DNA of 64,000 nt from Anaerolineae bacterium (GCA_038198935.1 JBBPZQ010000127.1:824-64823), one strand, 5' to 3'; shown: positions 49,460-62,266, counted from the stretch's first letter. The notes: generated by a model from the letters alone, not told the origin. Made by a program: numbers and translations.

Positions 49460-50197
49460 ATGGAAGTCAATCTGCTAACATTTGGAATTGCATTCGGCGC
49501 GGGCGTGCTCTCGTTCGCCTCACCGTGCTGCCTGCCGCTCGTGCCCGCCTACTTGAGTTATATCACCGGCGTTTCGGTGGATCAATTCGCGCAGGAGCAA
49601 ATCAGCGCACAGCGCAAGCAGATCATCTTCAGCGCGATGGCGTTCGTCCTCGGACTCGCGCTGGTCTTCACGCTGCTCGGCGCGAGCGCGAGTGTCATCG
49701 GCCAAGTACTGCTCGAATATCAGGATTGGGTCGCGCGCATCGCGGGCATTATCATCGTGATCTTCGGGCTGCAAATGCTCGGCGTGCTGCGCTTCGGCTG
49801 GTTGGAACAGGAAAAGCGGCTCGACTTCACCAGACGCCGAGCGCCCGGCTATGTTGGCGCATTGCTGATGGGTAGCGCGTTCGGCGTTGGTTGGACACCA
49901 TGCGTAGGGCCGTTTCTTGGTTTGGTGCTTGGACTGGCCAGTCAGGCTGACACGGTGCTTACGGGAATGACCCTGCTGTTCATCTACGCGCTCGGACTCG
50001 GACTGCCATTCGTCCTCGCTGCCTTACTCATTGGTCAATTGATGGGCGTGCTCACGCGCATCAAGCACCACATGCGCACGCTGACCTACGCGAGCGGCGG
50101 ACTGCTGATTGTGATGGGTTTGCTCGTGTTCAGCAATCAACTGCCGCTCATCACGAGTTACCTCATCCGCATTTTTGGAAACGGGTTCGCGCAGTAA
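49460..50197 (+). CDS. ccdA: cytochrome c-type biogenesis/thiol-disulfide transporter CcdA (DsbD family)
   Basis: Six TM; paired Cys SPCCLPLVP and second conserved Cys region. Confidence 0.85.
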   Translation: MEVNLLTFGIAFGAGVLSFASPCCLPLVPAYLSYITGVSVDQFAQEQISAQRKQIIFSAMAFVLGLALVFTLLGASASVIGQVLLEYQDWVARIAGIIIVIFGLQMLGVLRFGWLEQEKRLDFTRRRAPGYVGALLMGSAFGVGWTPCVGPFLGLVLGLASQADTVLTGMTLLFIYALGLGLPFVLAALLIGQLMGVLTRIKHHMRTLTYASGGLLIVMGLLVFSNQLPLITSYLIRIFGNGFAQ

Positions 50198-50261
50198 AGA
50201 CGGCGGACGGCAGACGACAGACCACCGTCAACCGTCCGCCGTCTCTCGTCCTCCATCAGCC

Positions 50262-50504
50262 ATGCAGCAACTTACCCTCTTCAGCAAACCCGATTGTCAC
50301 CTCTGCCATGACGCGCGAGACTTGCTGATCGCACTGCAGCGCGAATACGATTTCAGTTTCGAGGAACTGGACATCACTCAAGATCATGCGCTCGAAGACA
50401 AATATCGTGACTCGATTCCTGTGATCGTGATTGGCTCGCAACTTGAATTGGCCGCGCCGATACACGAACGCGAGCTGCGCGCGGCGCTTAAACAAAACGG
50501 GTGA
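50262..50504 (+). CDS. glutaredoxin-like thioredoxin-fold protein (CxxC)
   Basis: KPDCHLCH active-site motif in about 80-aa protein; track ORF 50175..50504 trimmed. Confidence 0.6.
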   Translation: MQQLTLFSKPDCHLCHDARDLLIALQREYDFSFEELDITQDHALEDKYRDSIPVIVIGSQLELAAPIHERELRAALKQNG

Positions 50505-50549
50505 AGTCTGATTGGAACTTCACCCGTATTGTTGTTTGCCGACAGCACA

Positions 50550-50936
50550 TCACTTGCGTCGCGCTTTGGCAATGGCGCGCAGCGTGCCGAACAAGTTCCA
50601 GATCAGCCACGCAGCCAGCGCAATGCCCGCGAGCGCAATGCGCGTCGGGTCTTCAATCGGACGCACGCGCGTTTCAGTTGGCGTCACTTCGAGCATGGCG
50701 ATGGGTCGCGCGCGCGCATGTCCCCCACCTCCACCGCCGCTGCCGCCCTCACTCTGGCCATCGCTCTCGGCATTACGAGTCGAGCCACTGCCGTACCCGA
50801 AGCCAAACACATACGTCACGGCGGCGACTGGAATCACCGTCGTCTCGCCGAATGTCTGCGGCTCGCCGAACACCTGTCCGACCGAAGCAACCTCGCGCGC
50901 ATCGTCCAGCACACGCATCATGCGTTCAGCATTCAT
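50550..50936 (-). CDS. ytfJ: YtfJ/GerW-family protein
   Basis: GEP...VIPVAAVTYVFGFGYGSG...poly-Gly...IAMLEV architecture typical of the family. Confidence 0.55.
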   Translation of the reverse strand: MNAERMMRVLDDAREVASVGQVFGEPQTFGETTVIPVAAVTYVFGFGYGSGSTRNAESDGQSEGGSGGGGGGHARARPIAMLEVTPTETRVRPIEDPTRIALAGIALAAWLIWNLFGTLRAIAKARRK

Positions 50937-51247
50937 GTCTTGTTACTCCTGCGTGCGAACAGCCTGCGCGCAAACCACGTCAGCGCACTGACGACCACAC
51001 CGCTGATCAAGATGAAACGCAGCGCAGCGCCCGTCACATCTTCAATCGGCACGCGCCGCTCGACCTCATCAATCTTTTCGATGACGCCGATGGGCTGCAC
51101 CTGTTCGACGTGCGCGCCCGTTGTCGCTTGCGCGCCGAGCCAATCGAAGCGCACGACGATGCGGCGGACCAGTGGCGTGATCGTCTTCATGCCAACCTGA
51201 ATCGGCTCGCCGCGCACCACCTCGTGTGTGAACCAGCGTGTGTTCAT
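50933..51247 (-). CDS. hypothetical protein (YtfI/DUF2953-like partner of YtfJ)
   Basis: Overlapping start/stop with ytfJ-like gene; hydrophobic C-terminal segment. Confidence 0.4.
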   Translation of the reverse strand: MNTRWFTHEVVRGEPIQVGMKTITPLVRRIVVRFDWLGAQATTGAHVEQVQPIGVIEKIDEVERRVPIEDVTGAALRFILISGVVVSALTWFARRLFARRSNKT

Positions 51248-52248
51248 GTCGTGACCTCTTCTGTAACGCCTGCACTTTCAAACGACGCAAACTGCAACGC
51301 AGCATCCAGCACGATGGACGGCGATGGCTTATCGCCACGTTCCCACATGCGGCAGAATGAGCATAGCCCCGGCGCGCTCGTGGGTTGGCCGCAATAGTTG
51401 CATTCGTGCAACTGTACGCTGTCCTGTGCTGCTTTGAATAGACCTTCCTTGCGCGCGCGCAAAAACTCCAGATAGAAGCTCAACTTTGCGCCGGGCGATT
51501 GTCCTTCGAGTTGATTGAGCAGCGTCTTGTAGAACAACGTCGTCGCGCCGGTCGAGAACGGACACTCTTCGTAAATGTAGTCAATGCCGCGCACAAGCGC
51601 GTATGCCGCCATTTCACGTTCGTATATGCGCGCGAGCGGCTTAACCTTTCGCGCAAAATTTGGATGCGTGGATTCGAGTAAGGGCGCTTGCCGCGCGAGA
51701 TAGCCCGTCTGCCAGCGCAGCGTGTTCTGCATCAGCACCGCCGCTTCGTCGTCGAGGTTGTGGCCCGTCACCAGTATGTAGCCGCCCTCGACGGCGACGC
51801 GGTTCATGATGTGCCGTTTGTTCAAGCCGCACACCGAACACGGCTTGTCATGCCGCCGCCGCGCACGCGACAATTCGGGAATCGTCATGCCGTATGTCTG
51901 CTCGACATCCACGACATGCAACTGCACGTCGGGATGAAACTTCTCGATGAACTGGACGGTTTTCTGATGAGACTCTTCCGAATACGCGATGCCCTCGTCA
52001 ATGCCCAAGCCGATGTAAAACCCAGCGGCTTTGTAGCCGAGCCGCAACAACATGTCCCACAACGACAGCGAATCTTTGCCACCCGACACGGCGACGAGTA
52101 ATCGGTCTTCGTGCGTGAACAGTTTTTGCTTTTCGATGAAACGCTGCACTTGCGAGGGCAGCCATTCAAGATAATGCTCGCCGCACAACGCGAGCTTGTG
52201 ATGGCGCATGTTGACCGCGGCCGTCTTGCCGCACGTTTTACATTTCAT
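51244..52248 (-). CDS. ttuA: tRNA 2-thiolation PP-loop ATPase, TtuA/NcsA family
   Basis: N-terminal CxxC-x15-CxxH zinc finger, PP-loop SGGKDS, C-terminal CxxC...CxxC zinc finger. Confidence 0.75.
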   Translation of the reverse strand: MKCKTCGKTAAVNMRHHKLALCGEHYLEWLPSQVQRFIEKQKLFTHEDRLLVAVSGGKDSLSLWDMLLRLGYKAAGFYIGLGIDEGIAYSEESHQKTVQFIEKFHPDVQLHVVDVEQTYGMTIPELSRARRRHDKPCSVCGLNKRHIMNRVAVEGGYILVTGHNLDDEAAVLMQNTLRWQTGYLARQAPLLESTHPNFARKVKPLARIYEREMAAYALVRGIDYIYEECPFSTGATTLFYKTLLNQLEGQSPGAKLSFYLEFLRARKEGLFKAAQDSVQLHECNYCGQPTSAPGLCSFCRMWERGDKPSPSIVLDAALQFASFESAGVTEEVTT

Positions 52249-52441
52249 TCACGCCTCCGGACACCACCGCCACCAACTTCACCACGTCGCCCTCTTTCAA
52301 TATGTAATCCGTTGTAATCAGTGTATCCTTGATCGTCGGCAGCACCGCTTCAGGGTCAATGTCCAGTTTTTTCAGCGCCGACTCCACCGTCATGCCGGGT
52401 TTCACTTCCCATTCGTTGCTGCGAAAAGTTAATTTGACCAC
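52238..52441 (-). CDS. ttuB: ThiS/MoaD-like ubiquitin-fold sulfur carrier (TtuB-like) with 4-residue extension after Gly-Gly
   Basis: 67 aa beta-grasp-like; ...VVSGG followed by VNEM; overlaps ttuA start by 11 nt. Confidence 0.55.
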   Translation of the reverse strand: MVKLTFRSNEWEVKPGMTVESALKKLDIDPEAVLPTIKDTLITTDYILKEGDVVKLVAVVSGGVNEM

Positions 52442-52500
52442 CAGACACTCACTTCCTCGCGGGCGCGTATCAATGCGCTCGCTGGCTTCATTCTAACGAC

Positions 52501-52526
52501 AAAAAAACCGAGGGTCAACACCTCGG
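52501..52526 (-). terminator. intrinsic terminator downstream of mdh
   Basis: On minus strand: ccgagg-tgttgac-cctcgg followed by T7. Confidence 0.75.
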
Positions 52527-52599
52527 CTTCGGCAGTGCTGGGCAAAAACGCTGAGTGCTGCGAATTGTTACTCAGCACTCAGCACTCAGCACTCGGCAC

Positions 52600-55049
<2,450 letters not shown>

Positions 55050-55152
55050 AACGAATCCTCTCTCTACAACTTGAATTCAGGAGTGCGCGCATTTTCGCAC
55101 ACGCATTCATCAGCTGCTAGGTTGAAGTATCTTACAAGCAGCATTCCGTCCT

Positions 55153-55932
55153 TCACAGCCCCGCGCGCCGCTTCACGTCGGGATCGTTGATGTCGAGTAT
55201 CTGGCCGTTGAGGTCGTGCTGCTGCGCGAGCCACACGATCAGCCGGGCGGGCAATTCGGGCGGATAGTTCTCACCGCGCTCGTGGCGCTGACGGAAGAAT
55301 TCTGCGCCGCCCGCCATTTGCTTGTCATGCGTCGTGCGAATCGTCTGCTGCATCTGCGTCTCAGTGATGCCCGGATAAATCGCATTGACGCGAATGTTGT
55401 AGCCGTGCAACTCAACTGCCATACAGCGCGTCAGTTGATCAATTGCCGCCTTGGCAGTGCAATATGCCGACCACCCGTAGCGCGGATTCCGCGCCGCGCC
55501 TGAAGAGACGTTGATGATCGCGCCGCCGCTGCCGCGCATCATGGCAAGCACAGCCTCGCGCGCGACAAGATAATAGCCTTCGAGATTGATCGCAAGACTA
55601 TCGCGCCACGCCTTCGGCTTCACATCCCAGATCGGACCAATCGGCTCCAGCACACCCGCATTATTCACGACCACGTCCACGCTGCCGAACTTTTGTAACG
55701 TCACGCTCACTAGGTGCCGCACATCCTTCGACTTGGACACATCCGCGACGATGCTTGCCGACTCAGCGCCCTGCTGTTTGATCGCGTCGCGCACCTGATT
55801 GATTTCTTTCTTCGTGCGTGCCGCAAGCACCACATGCGCGCCTTGCGCCGCAAACGCCAGCGCCGTCGCGCGCCCGATGCCGCGACCCGCGCCGGTAATG
55901 AGCACGACTTTATCTGCCAATGAATCATTCAT
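55153..55932 (-). CDS. short-chain dehydrogenase/reductase (SDR) family oxidoreductase
   Basis: TGAGRGIGRA cofactor motif; YxxxK catalytic pair; track ORF trimmed to MNDSLADK. Confidence 0.8.
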   Translation of the reverse strand: MNDSLADKVVLITGAGRGIGRATALAFAAQGAHVVLAARTKKEINQVRDAIKQQGAESASIVADVSKSKDVRHLVSVTLQKFGSVDVVVNNAGVLEPIGPIWDVKPKAWRDSLAINLEGYYLVAREAVLAMMRGSGGAIINVSSGAARNPRYGWSAYCTAKAAIDQLTRCMAVELHGYNIRVNAIYPGITETQMQQTIRTTHDKQMAGGAEFFRQRHERGENYPPELPARLIVWLAQQHDLNGQILDINDPDVKRRAGL

Positions 55933-55953
55933 AGGTCGGCAATGAAAAACAAA

Positions 55954-56013
55954 CCACGAAGACACAAAAGGCACGAAGAAATAGTAGGCTTTGTGTTCTT
56001 CGTGTCTTCGTGG
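55954..56013 (-). terminator. hairpin terminator downstream of pckA
   Basis: Perfect 12-bp stem ccacgaagacac / gtgtcttcgtgg. Confidence 0.55.
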
Positions 56014-56028
56014 CTTGCTTCTTCCTCT

Positions 56029-57624
56029 TTAACCCACTGCTGCACCCACACCCTTGCCATACTTCACAAGATGCTCGTAATTGTTTTCAAGCCGCTGGCG
56101 CAACTCGCGCGCTTTGGTATCGTATGCGTCTTTATCCGCCCACGTGTTACGTGGATTAAGCAAATCACTCGGCACGCCGTTGACGCGCGCGGGGACGTTG
56201 AGGCCGAAAATTGGATCGGGATGGAACGGCACATTATCCAAATCGCCTTCGAGCGCGGCGCGAACCATCTCGCGCGTGTAACTCAACTTCATGCGCGAGC
56301 CGACGCCATGCGGACCACCTGTCCAGCCCGTGTTGACGAGCCAGACGTTCGCGCGATGCTTCCGAATTCGATCCACGAGCATGTCAGCATAGACCTGCGG
56401 CTTATGCACGAGGAACGGCGCGGCGAAGCACGCACTGAATGTTGCCTGCGGTTCGGTGACGCCCTTCTCGGTGCCAGCCACTTTCGCGGTGTAGCCCGAC
56501 ATGAAATGGAAATTCGCTTGATCAAGCGTGAGCCGACTGATCGGCGGCAGCACGCCGAATGCATCAGCCGTCAGGAACACGACGTTACGCGGGTGCGGAC
56601 CCACGCCCGACTGCGTTGCATTGGGAATGTACCAAAGCGGATATGCCGAGCGCGTGTTCTCTGTCAGCGAGTCGTCATCAAAGTTCACGCGCCGATTGTG
56701 CTCGTTGATGACGACGTTCTCCAACACAGTGCCAAAGCGGTTCGTCGCAGCGAAAATCTCCGGCTCACTTGATGCCGACAAGTTGATAACCTTCGCGTAG
56801 CAACCGCCTTCAAAGTTGAAGATGCCGAAATCACTCCAGCCGTGTTCGTCGTCGCCGATGAGCGTGCGCGTCGGGTCGGCGGAGAGCGTCGTCTTGCCCG
56901 TGCCACTCAATCCAAAGAACAGCGCGGATTGGCCATCATGCCCCACATTCGCCGAACAGTGCATCGGCAGCACGCCCTGCAGCGGCAGCAAATAGTTGAG
57001 CACACTGAAAATGCATTTCTTGTTCTCACCCGCGTAACTGGTGCCGCCGACAAGAATTACTCGCTTCGCGAAGTTGACGATGATGAACGTCTTCGAGCGC
57101 GTTCCGTCGCGCGCAGGATCAGCCTCGAATGTGGGCGCACTGAGCACGATCCACTGTGGCGCGAAATTGGTGAGCTGAGAAATCGTCGGACGGATAAACA
57201 AGTTGCGCAGGAACATCGCTTGCCACGCGCTCTCCATCACGTAGCGAATCGAAAGACGATAGTGCTCGTCCGCATTTGCGTATAAATCTTCGATATACAG
57301 GTCGCGCTGATTGAGATGTGCGATGACGTGCTTGCACAGCGCATCAAACTTGTCGGGGTCGAAGGGCTGATTCACGTCGCCCCAATCAATATTCGTTTCG
57401 GACGACGGCTCACGCACAATGAACTTATCTTTAGGCGAGCGCCCGGTGTGCTGGCCTGTCTTTACCACTAAGGGGCCACCCGACGCGACCAAGCCCTCAC
57501 GTTTGCGCGCAACGTGCTCGTACAGTTCGGGCACGATCACGTTCCAGTAAACATCGCAACACGGGCGCAATCCGATCTGATCAAGTTCAACAGAGCCTTT
57601 GCCGTTGCCGATGAAGTCAGTCAT
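56029..57624 (-). CDS. pckA: phosphoenolpyruvate carboxykinase (ATP)
   Basis: GLSGTGKTTLS kinase-1a motif; ATP-type PEPCK N-terminal domain. Confidence 0.9.
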   Translation of the reverse strand: MTDFIGNGKGSVELDQIGLRPCCDVYWNVIVPELYEHVARKREGLVASGGPLVVKTGQHTGRSPKDKFIVREPSSETNIDWGDVNQPFDPDKFDALCKHVIAHLNQRDLYIEDLYANADEHYRLSIRYVMESAWQAMFLRNLFIRPTISQLTNFAPQWIVLSAPTFEADPARDGTRSKTFIIVNFAKRVILVGGTSYAGENKKCIFSVLNYLLPLQGVLPMHCSANVGHDGQSALFFGLSGTGKTTLSADPTRTLIGDDEHGWSDFGIFNFEGGCYAKVINLSASSEPEIFAATNRFGTVLENVVINEHNRRVNFDDDSLTENTRSAYPLWYIPNATQSGVGPHPRNVVFLTADAFGVLPPISRLTLDQANFHFMSGYTAKVAGTEKGVTEPQATFSACFAAPFLVHKPQVYADMLVDRIRKHRANVWLVNTGWTGGPHGVGSRMKLSYTREMVRAALEGDLDNVPFHPDPIFGLNVPARVNGVPSDLLNPRNTWADKDAYDTKARELRQRLENNYEHLVKYGKGVGAAVG

Positions 57625-57664
57625 CGCCGTTTCTCATGTCGTCAGGGAAATGATTGCCAGTCCG

Positions 57665-58615
57665 TCAGCGCCCCGTCACCGCCACAGGAGCAGGCACAGC
57701 ACTCGCGATTGTAGGTTCAGTTGTGATCTGTTCCAATCCTTCCGCAACCAGCACTTTGCGGAATGCGGTGAGCGCAACTTCGACCATCGAATTGTCGGGC
57801 TGGCGTGTCGTCAAGCGTTGCAGTGCCATGCTCGGCGCGAGCAGCGCTCGCATGATCGGATTACTGTAATGGGCTGCGCCGAAGCGGATGAACTCGTAGG
57901 CAATCGTACCGATGATCGGGATGAGCACGATGCGTGAGAGAATGCGCAGATAGAACGGTGGCCGTCCGAGCAGCGCATATACGAACGTGGCAATCACCAT
58001 CACGACCAAGAGGAAACCTGTGCCGCAGCGTGGGTGCGTCAGCGAAAAACGCTGCACCGATTCCGGTGTCAGTTCCGCGCCGGCTTCGTATGCGTTGATC
58101 GTCTTGTGTTCCGCACCGTGATATTGGAAGACGCGGCGCACATCGGGTATGCGGCCCGCCAACACGAGATAGCCGACGAGGATCACGAGCCTTACGCCAC
58201 CTTCGATCAGGTTCGTGAGCAGGTCCGATCTGATGGCCGAATCAAATAGCCCTGCAAGGAACGCGGGCAGCACGAAGAAGATACCGACGGCGGCGCTCAT
58301 CGAGACGGCGAGCGTGCCCCACACGGCGGGCCCCTCGAATTTTACTTGCTGCGCCTGTTCCGAATTCTCGCTCACCGCGACGTTTGCCGCCCACATCAGC
58401 GCGCGCACGCCGAGTCCGAGCGTGTCCCACAGCAAGGTCAAGCCACGCACGAATGGCAACTGTGCCCAACGCGCTGTGTAGAGCGGATTGGTGAGCGGCT
58501 CGCTGTGCATCGCGATGCTGCCGTCTGGCGCGCGCACCGCGACGGCGAATGCCTTGCGCCCGCGCATCATCACACCTTCGATTACTGCTTGCCCACCGTA
58601 ATTAAAACGTGCCAA
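57665..58615 (-). CDS. DUF1385-family membrane-associated protein (YqhQ-like)
   Basis: MARFNYGGQAVIEGVMMRG conserved N-terminus. Confidence 0.7.
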   Translation of the reverse strand: MARFNYGGQAVIEGVMMRGRKAFAVAVRAPDGSIAMHSEPLTNPLYTARWAQLPFVRGLTLLWDTLGLGVRALMWAANVAVSENSEQAQQVKFEGPAVWGTLAVSMSAAVGIFFVLPAFLAGLFDSAIRSDLLTNLIEGGVRLVILVGYLVLAGRIPDVRRVFQYHGAEHKTINAYEAGAELTPESVQRFSLTHPRCGTGFLLVVMVIATFVYALLGRPPFYLRILSRIVLIPIIGTIAYEFIRFGAAHYSNPIMRALLAPSMALQRLTTRQPDNSMVEVALTAFRKVLVAEGLEQITTEPTIASAVPAPVAVTGR

Positions 58616-58859
58616 GTTTTAACTCCTTTGCCAAATCTGCTTGCCACCAGAATCCCGTTTTCTGCAAGAAAACGGGATTGCGTGCGTGCATCAACCAAGA
58701 TGGAGTGAGTATACAAATTTTGAGTGAGATGCGCAATGTGAACACTCGTCGTGCTCCATCACTTACGGGCGCACTTCACAAAAAATCCGTACTCATCCCC
58801 TACCCCGCTCGTCGCGCCTATGCCAAAATGGTGACGCCAACCCAACACAGGAGCATGTG

Positions 58860-60491
58860 ATGCGCTTTCTGATTGACCCACGCACTTACAATGAACTGCG
58901 TACACGCACCCAACATCCGCCCGATTGCTGCGTGCGCGCAGGCGAGTATCCGCACCATGTTTATCGCGACGGCATTAAGTTCGACGTCGCCGTTGCAATT
59001 GTGGACGGCATGCGCGAGGCGGAGGCGCGCAACGACAAGGAAGCCTTGCATCACTTAATGCTGCACAAAGTGCAATTGGATCGCGCGCTGCTCGACGCCA
59101 AGCAGAATGGAACGCTGAACGGCTCGCTGCTCGGCGATGCGCTGCCGACCGACGAGCCTCATCCAACATTGAGCAACTCATTTGTGCCGTCGCCGCCCGC
59201 CACTCTCGACGACACGGGGCTCAATCGCTCCTTCGCGTTCGAGATGATCCTGCGCACGATTTACTTTCGCGGCCGCCCGACGGGCGGCGACATCGCGCGT
59301 GCGCTCGGCTTGTCATATCGCGCGATCGGGCCACTGTTGCAGGAGATGCGGCAGAAAGAATTGGTGGACATCACGGGTCAAAAGGGGATGGGCGATATCG
59401 GCTACGAGTACATTCTCACGCCGCAGTTCGGAGTGCGTGCGGTGCAAGATGCACTGAAGAAAACCGAGTACGCGGGAGCCGCGCCCGTGCCGTTCAAGAC
59501 GTATGTCGAATCCATTACGGCACAGACGATCAAGAACGTCGTCGTCACGCGCCGCAATATCCGCGAGGCGTTCAGCGATTTGATCATCACCGATGCGGTG
59601 CTGAACGAGATTGGGCCCGCGATCAATTCTGCCTCATCCATTTTTCTATTCGGCTTTCCGGGCAATGGCAAGACGAGCATCGCGGAGCGCATCACGCGCC
59701 TGCTCGGCGATGATATTTACATTCCATACGCAGTCGAGGTTGAGGGCCAAATCATTAAGGTGTTCGACGGTGGCGTGCACGAACTCGCCGACGAATCATC
59801 GCTCAACCTGAAAGGCAACGGCTACCACACCGAGCTGCTGTACGATATGCGCTGGGTGCGCGTCAAGCGGCCCGTCGTCATCACGGGCGGCGAACTGACG
59901 CTGCCCAGCCTCGATCTGATTTACAACGAGCACGGACGCTTCTACGAAGCGCCGTTCCAGATGAAAGCGAACAGCGGCATTTTTATGATTGACGACTTCG
60001 GGCGGCAGCAGGTACGCCCAATGGATTTGCTCAATCGCTGGATCGTGCCACTCGAAAAACGCTACGACTACCTGACGACCGTGAGCGGCAAGAAACTCGA
60101 AGTGCCGTTCGATCAACTGCTCATCTTTTCGACCAATCTCGATCCGAATCAACTCGCGGACGAAGCGTTCCTGCGGCGCATCAAATACAAGATCGAGATT
60201 CGCGATCCTGATGAGGCACAGTGGCGCGAAATTTGGAAGCTGGTGTGCAAGGGACGCAAAGTCGAGTACGACGCGCGTGGCGTGGACTACATGATTGAGA
60301 AGTGGATGAAATCAGAGGGACGGCCATTCCGTATGTGTCAGCCGCGCGACATTCTCGACCAGATGATCAGCCTGGCCAGGTACAATATGGAACAGCCGAC
60401 GTTCTCACCGGATTTGATTGACGCAGCGTGTATGACCTACTTTGTGAGACGCGAGGCGAAGAACTTTGGGGCAAAAGTACGATTGGAGTAA
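58860..60491 (+). CDS. AAA+ ATPase with N-terminal winged-HTH-like segment, function unknown
   Basis: Walker A GFPGNGKTS, Walker B MIDDFG, sensor-1 STN; AGGAG-like RBS; ATG at 58860. Confidence 0.65.
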   Translation: MRFLIDPRTYNELRTRTQHPPDCCVRAGEYPHHVYRDGIKFDVAVAIVDGMREAEARNDKEALHHLMLHKVQLDRALLDAKQNGTLNGSLLGDALPTDEPHPTLSNSFVPSPPATLDDTGLNRSFAFEMILRTIYFRGRPTGGDIARALGLSYRAIGPLLQEMRQKELVDITGQKGMGDIGYEYILTPQFGVRAVQDALKKTEYAGAAPVPFKTYVESITAQTIKNVVVTRRNIREAFSDLIITDAVLNEIGPAINSASSIFLFGFPGNGKTSIAERITRLLGDDIYIPYAVEVEGQIIKVFDGGVHELADESSLNLKGNGYHTELLYDMRWVRVKRPVVITGGELTLPSLDLIYNEHGRFYEAPFQMKANSGIFMIDDFGRQQVRPMDLLNRWIVPLEKRYDYLTTVSGKKLEVPFDQLLIFSTNLDPNQLADEAFLRRIKYKIEIRDPDEAQWREIWKLVCKGRKVEYDARGVDYMIEKWMKSEGRPFRMCQPRDILDQMISLARYNMEQPTFSPDLIDAACMTYFVRREAKNFGAKVRLE

Positions 60492-60560
60492 TGCGTGATC
60501 CGTAATTGGTGCGCGATGGTTACGGATTACGGATCACGCATCCCGCATTACGAATCACGT
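60488..60560. repeat. REP-like intergenic palindromic repeat (copy 2)
   Basis: gtaatgcgtgatccgtaat ... ttacggatcacgcat ... cgcattacgaatcacg between convergent genes. Confidence 0.6.
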
Positions 60561-60561
60561 C

Positions 60562-61158
60562 TCACGCCTTGTGGTTTCGTGGCACCTCGTGGTGCTTGCG
60601 ACAGCGCGCCTGATACGTTTCGCTCGCGCCCACAAGAATGATCGGATCCTCGTAAGCTGCGGGTCTGCCATCAATCAATCGCTGCGTGCGCGTGGCGGGT
60701 GCACCGCATACCATGCAGATCGCGTGCAACTTTTCCAACTCTTCGGCTTGCGCCATCAACAGCGGCATGGGCCCGAATGGCTCGGCGCGAAAATCGAGAT
60801 CAAGCCCCGCGAGGATGACGCGCTTGCCTTGATCGGCGAGCGCGTTTGCCACGTCGGCGATTGCCCAATCGAAAAACTGCACCTCGTCAATCGCGACCAC
60901 GTCCGTCTCCGGAGCGACGCGCTGCATGATCTCCGCCGCCGATTGTACCGGCGTTGCATTCATGTGCGCGCCGCTGTGCGACGAAACCTGCCTCTCACTG
61001 AAGCGATTATCGAGCGCGGGCTTGAACACCTGCACCTTTTGCCGCGCAATCTCCGCGCGCTTCACACGGCGAATCAATTCTTCAGACTTGCCGCTGAACA
61101 TGCTGCCGCAGATCAGTTCAATCCATCCGCCATCTGGTTGCTGTTTCATGACTCGCAC
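60562..61158 (-). CDS. tdk: thymidine kinase
   Basis: P-loop [11 protein letters not shown]; C-terminal zinc ribbon CxxC...CxxH. Confidence 0.9.
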   Translation of the reverse strand: MRVMKQQPDGGWIELICGSMFSGKSEELIRRVKRAEIARQKVQVFKPALDNRFSERQVSSHSGAHMNATPVQSAAEIMQRVAPETDVVAIDEVQFFDWAIADVANALADQGKRVILAGLDLDFRAEPFGPMPLLMAQAEELEKLHAICMVCGAPATRTQRLIDGRPAAYEDPIILVGASETYQARCRKHHEVPRNHKA

Positions 61159-61216
61159 TCATTCGAGAGCAGACCCACGGGTTTTGAAAACGCGTGAGGT
61201 TCTGATGAAAGACAAA

Positions 61217-61243
61217 CCTCCGAAGAAATACTTCGGAGGTTTT
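61217..61243 (-). terminator. hairpin terminator downstream of rpmE
   Basis: cctccgaag-aaata-cttcggagg with flanking T-rich run on minus strand. Confidence 0.6.
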
Positions 61244-61247
61244 CACG

Positions 61248-61922
61248 TCAGGCCCCGCCGCCACCTTCAGTGGGTGCGGGTTCACTGCTGGGCGCTTCTG
61301 CCGCCGCGCTCGCCTCCGCCGTTTTGCGGGTGCGAGGTTTGCGCGTGGGCTTCTCGCTGCCTTCAGCGCGCGGTTTTCGTGCTGTGCTGCGACGACGCGG
61401 TTTCTCATCTTCATCAAGCGGCAGTTCGACGGCTTCCGTGAGAACGGCTTGCGCACTCAGTTGCATGGGTAACTCGCTCTCGCTGCCTTCGACGACCGTG
61501 CGCTTGCGCACTTCAGGCTCGCGCTCACTCTCGCGCTCGGCAGACGGCTCACCGATCTGCGGCTCTGGCCCTTGCAATTCGGCTGATGGTGCGTCGGCCG
61601 TCGGCGCAATGTCCACGGTCGGCAATTCAGTCACTATCTGCTCTGGCTTGCGTGTTTCTTCATCGGGGCCAATGACCATCACTTTCTGCTTGCGCTCCTT
61701 CTTCGGCGACTTCTCTTCGCGCTTCTGCGCCAGTCTCATGCGGAAGCGATCCACACGACCGGCCGTGTCCACGATGCGCTGCTCGCCTGTATAAAATGGA
61801 TGACAATTCGAGCAGACATCCACGCGAATCTCTGGCTGCGTCGCGCCCGTCGTCCAGGTGTGACCGCACGCGCAGACGACGCGCGCATTGGGATAATACT
61901 TGGGATGAATTTCAGGCTTCAT
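61248..61922 (-). CDS. rpmE: 50S ribosomal protein L31 (type A, zinc-binding) with about 150-aa low-complexity C-terminal extension
   Basis: [10 protein letters not shown]...CxC...CxxC L31 signature, then Glu/Lys/Pro/Ala-rich tail; track ORF trimmed to MKPEI. Confidence 0.8.
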   Translation of the reverse strand: MKPEIHPKYYPNARVVCACGHTWTTGATQPEIRVDVCSNCHPFYTGEQRIVDTAGRVDRFRMRLAQKREEKSPKKERKQKVMVIGPDEETRKPEQIVTELPTVDIAPTADAPSAELQGPEPQIGEPSAERESEREPEVRKRTVVEGSESELPMQLSAQAVLTEAVELPLDEDEKPRRRSTARKPRAEGSEKPTRKPRTRKTAEASAAAEAPSSEPAPTEGGGGA

Positions 61923-62190
61923 TGACTTCGACTTGCCTCTCTGGATACACACTCACGCACTTCTTATCGCGCGTGAGGTGTTCAAACTTCACGAATCCGG
62001 CAGCGGTGGCAAACAAAGTGTAATCACGGCCGAGTCCGACGTTCTCGCCGGGGTGGAACTTGGTGCCGTGCTGTCGCACGATGATCATGCCCGACTCGAC
62101 TTGCTGGCCGTCGTAAATTTTCACGCCGAGTCGCTGCCCGCCACTGTCGCGACCGTTGCGGCTGCTGCCGCCGCCTTTCTTATGGGCCAT
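61912..62190 (-). CDS. rpmA: 50S ribosomal protein L27
   Basis: [16 protein letters not shown] signature. Confidence 0.95.
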   Translation of the reverse strand: MAHKKGGGSSRNGRDSGGQRLGVKIYDGQQVESGMIIVRQHGTKFHPGENVGLGRDYTLFATAAGFVKFEHLTRDKKCVSVYPERQVEVNEA

Positions 62191-62266
62191 GCTTCCTCCA
62201 AACTCTCAATCACCAATCTCCTCATCTCAATCGCTTGCCATTGAGAATAGAAGATTGACTCATTGT

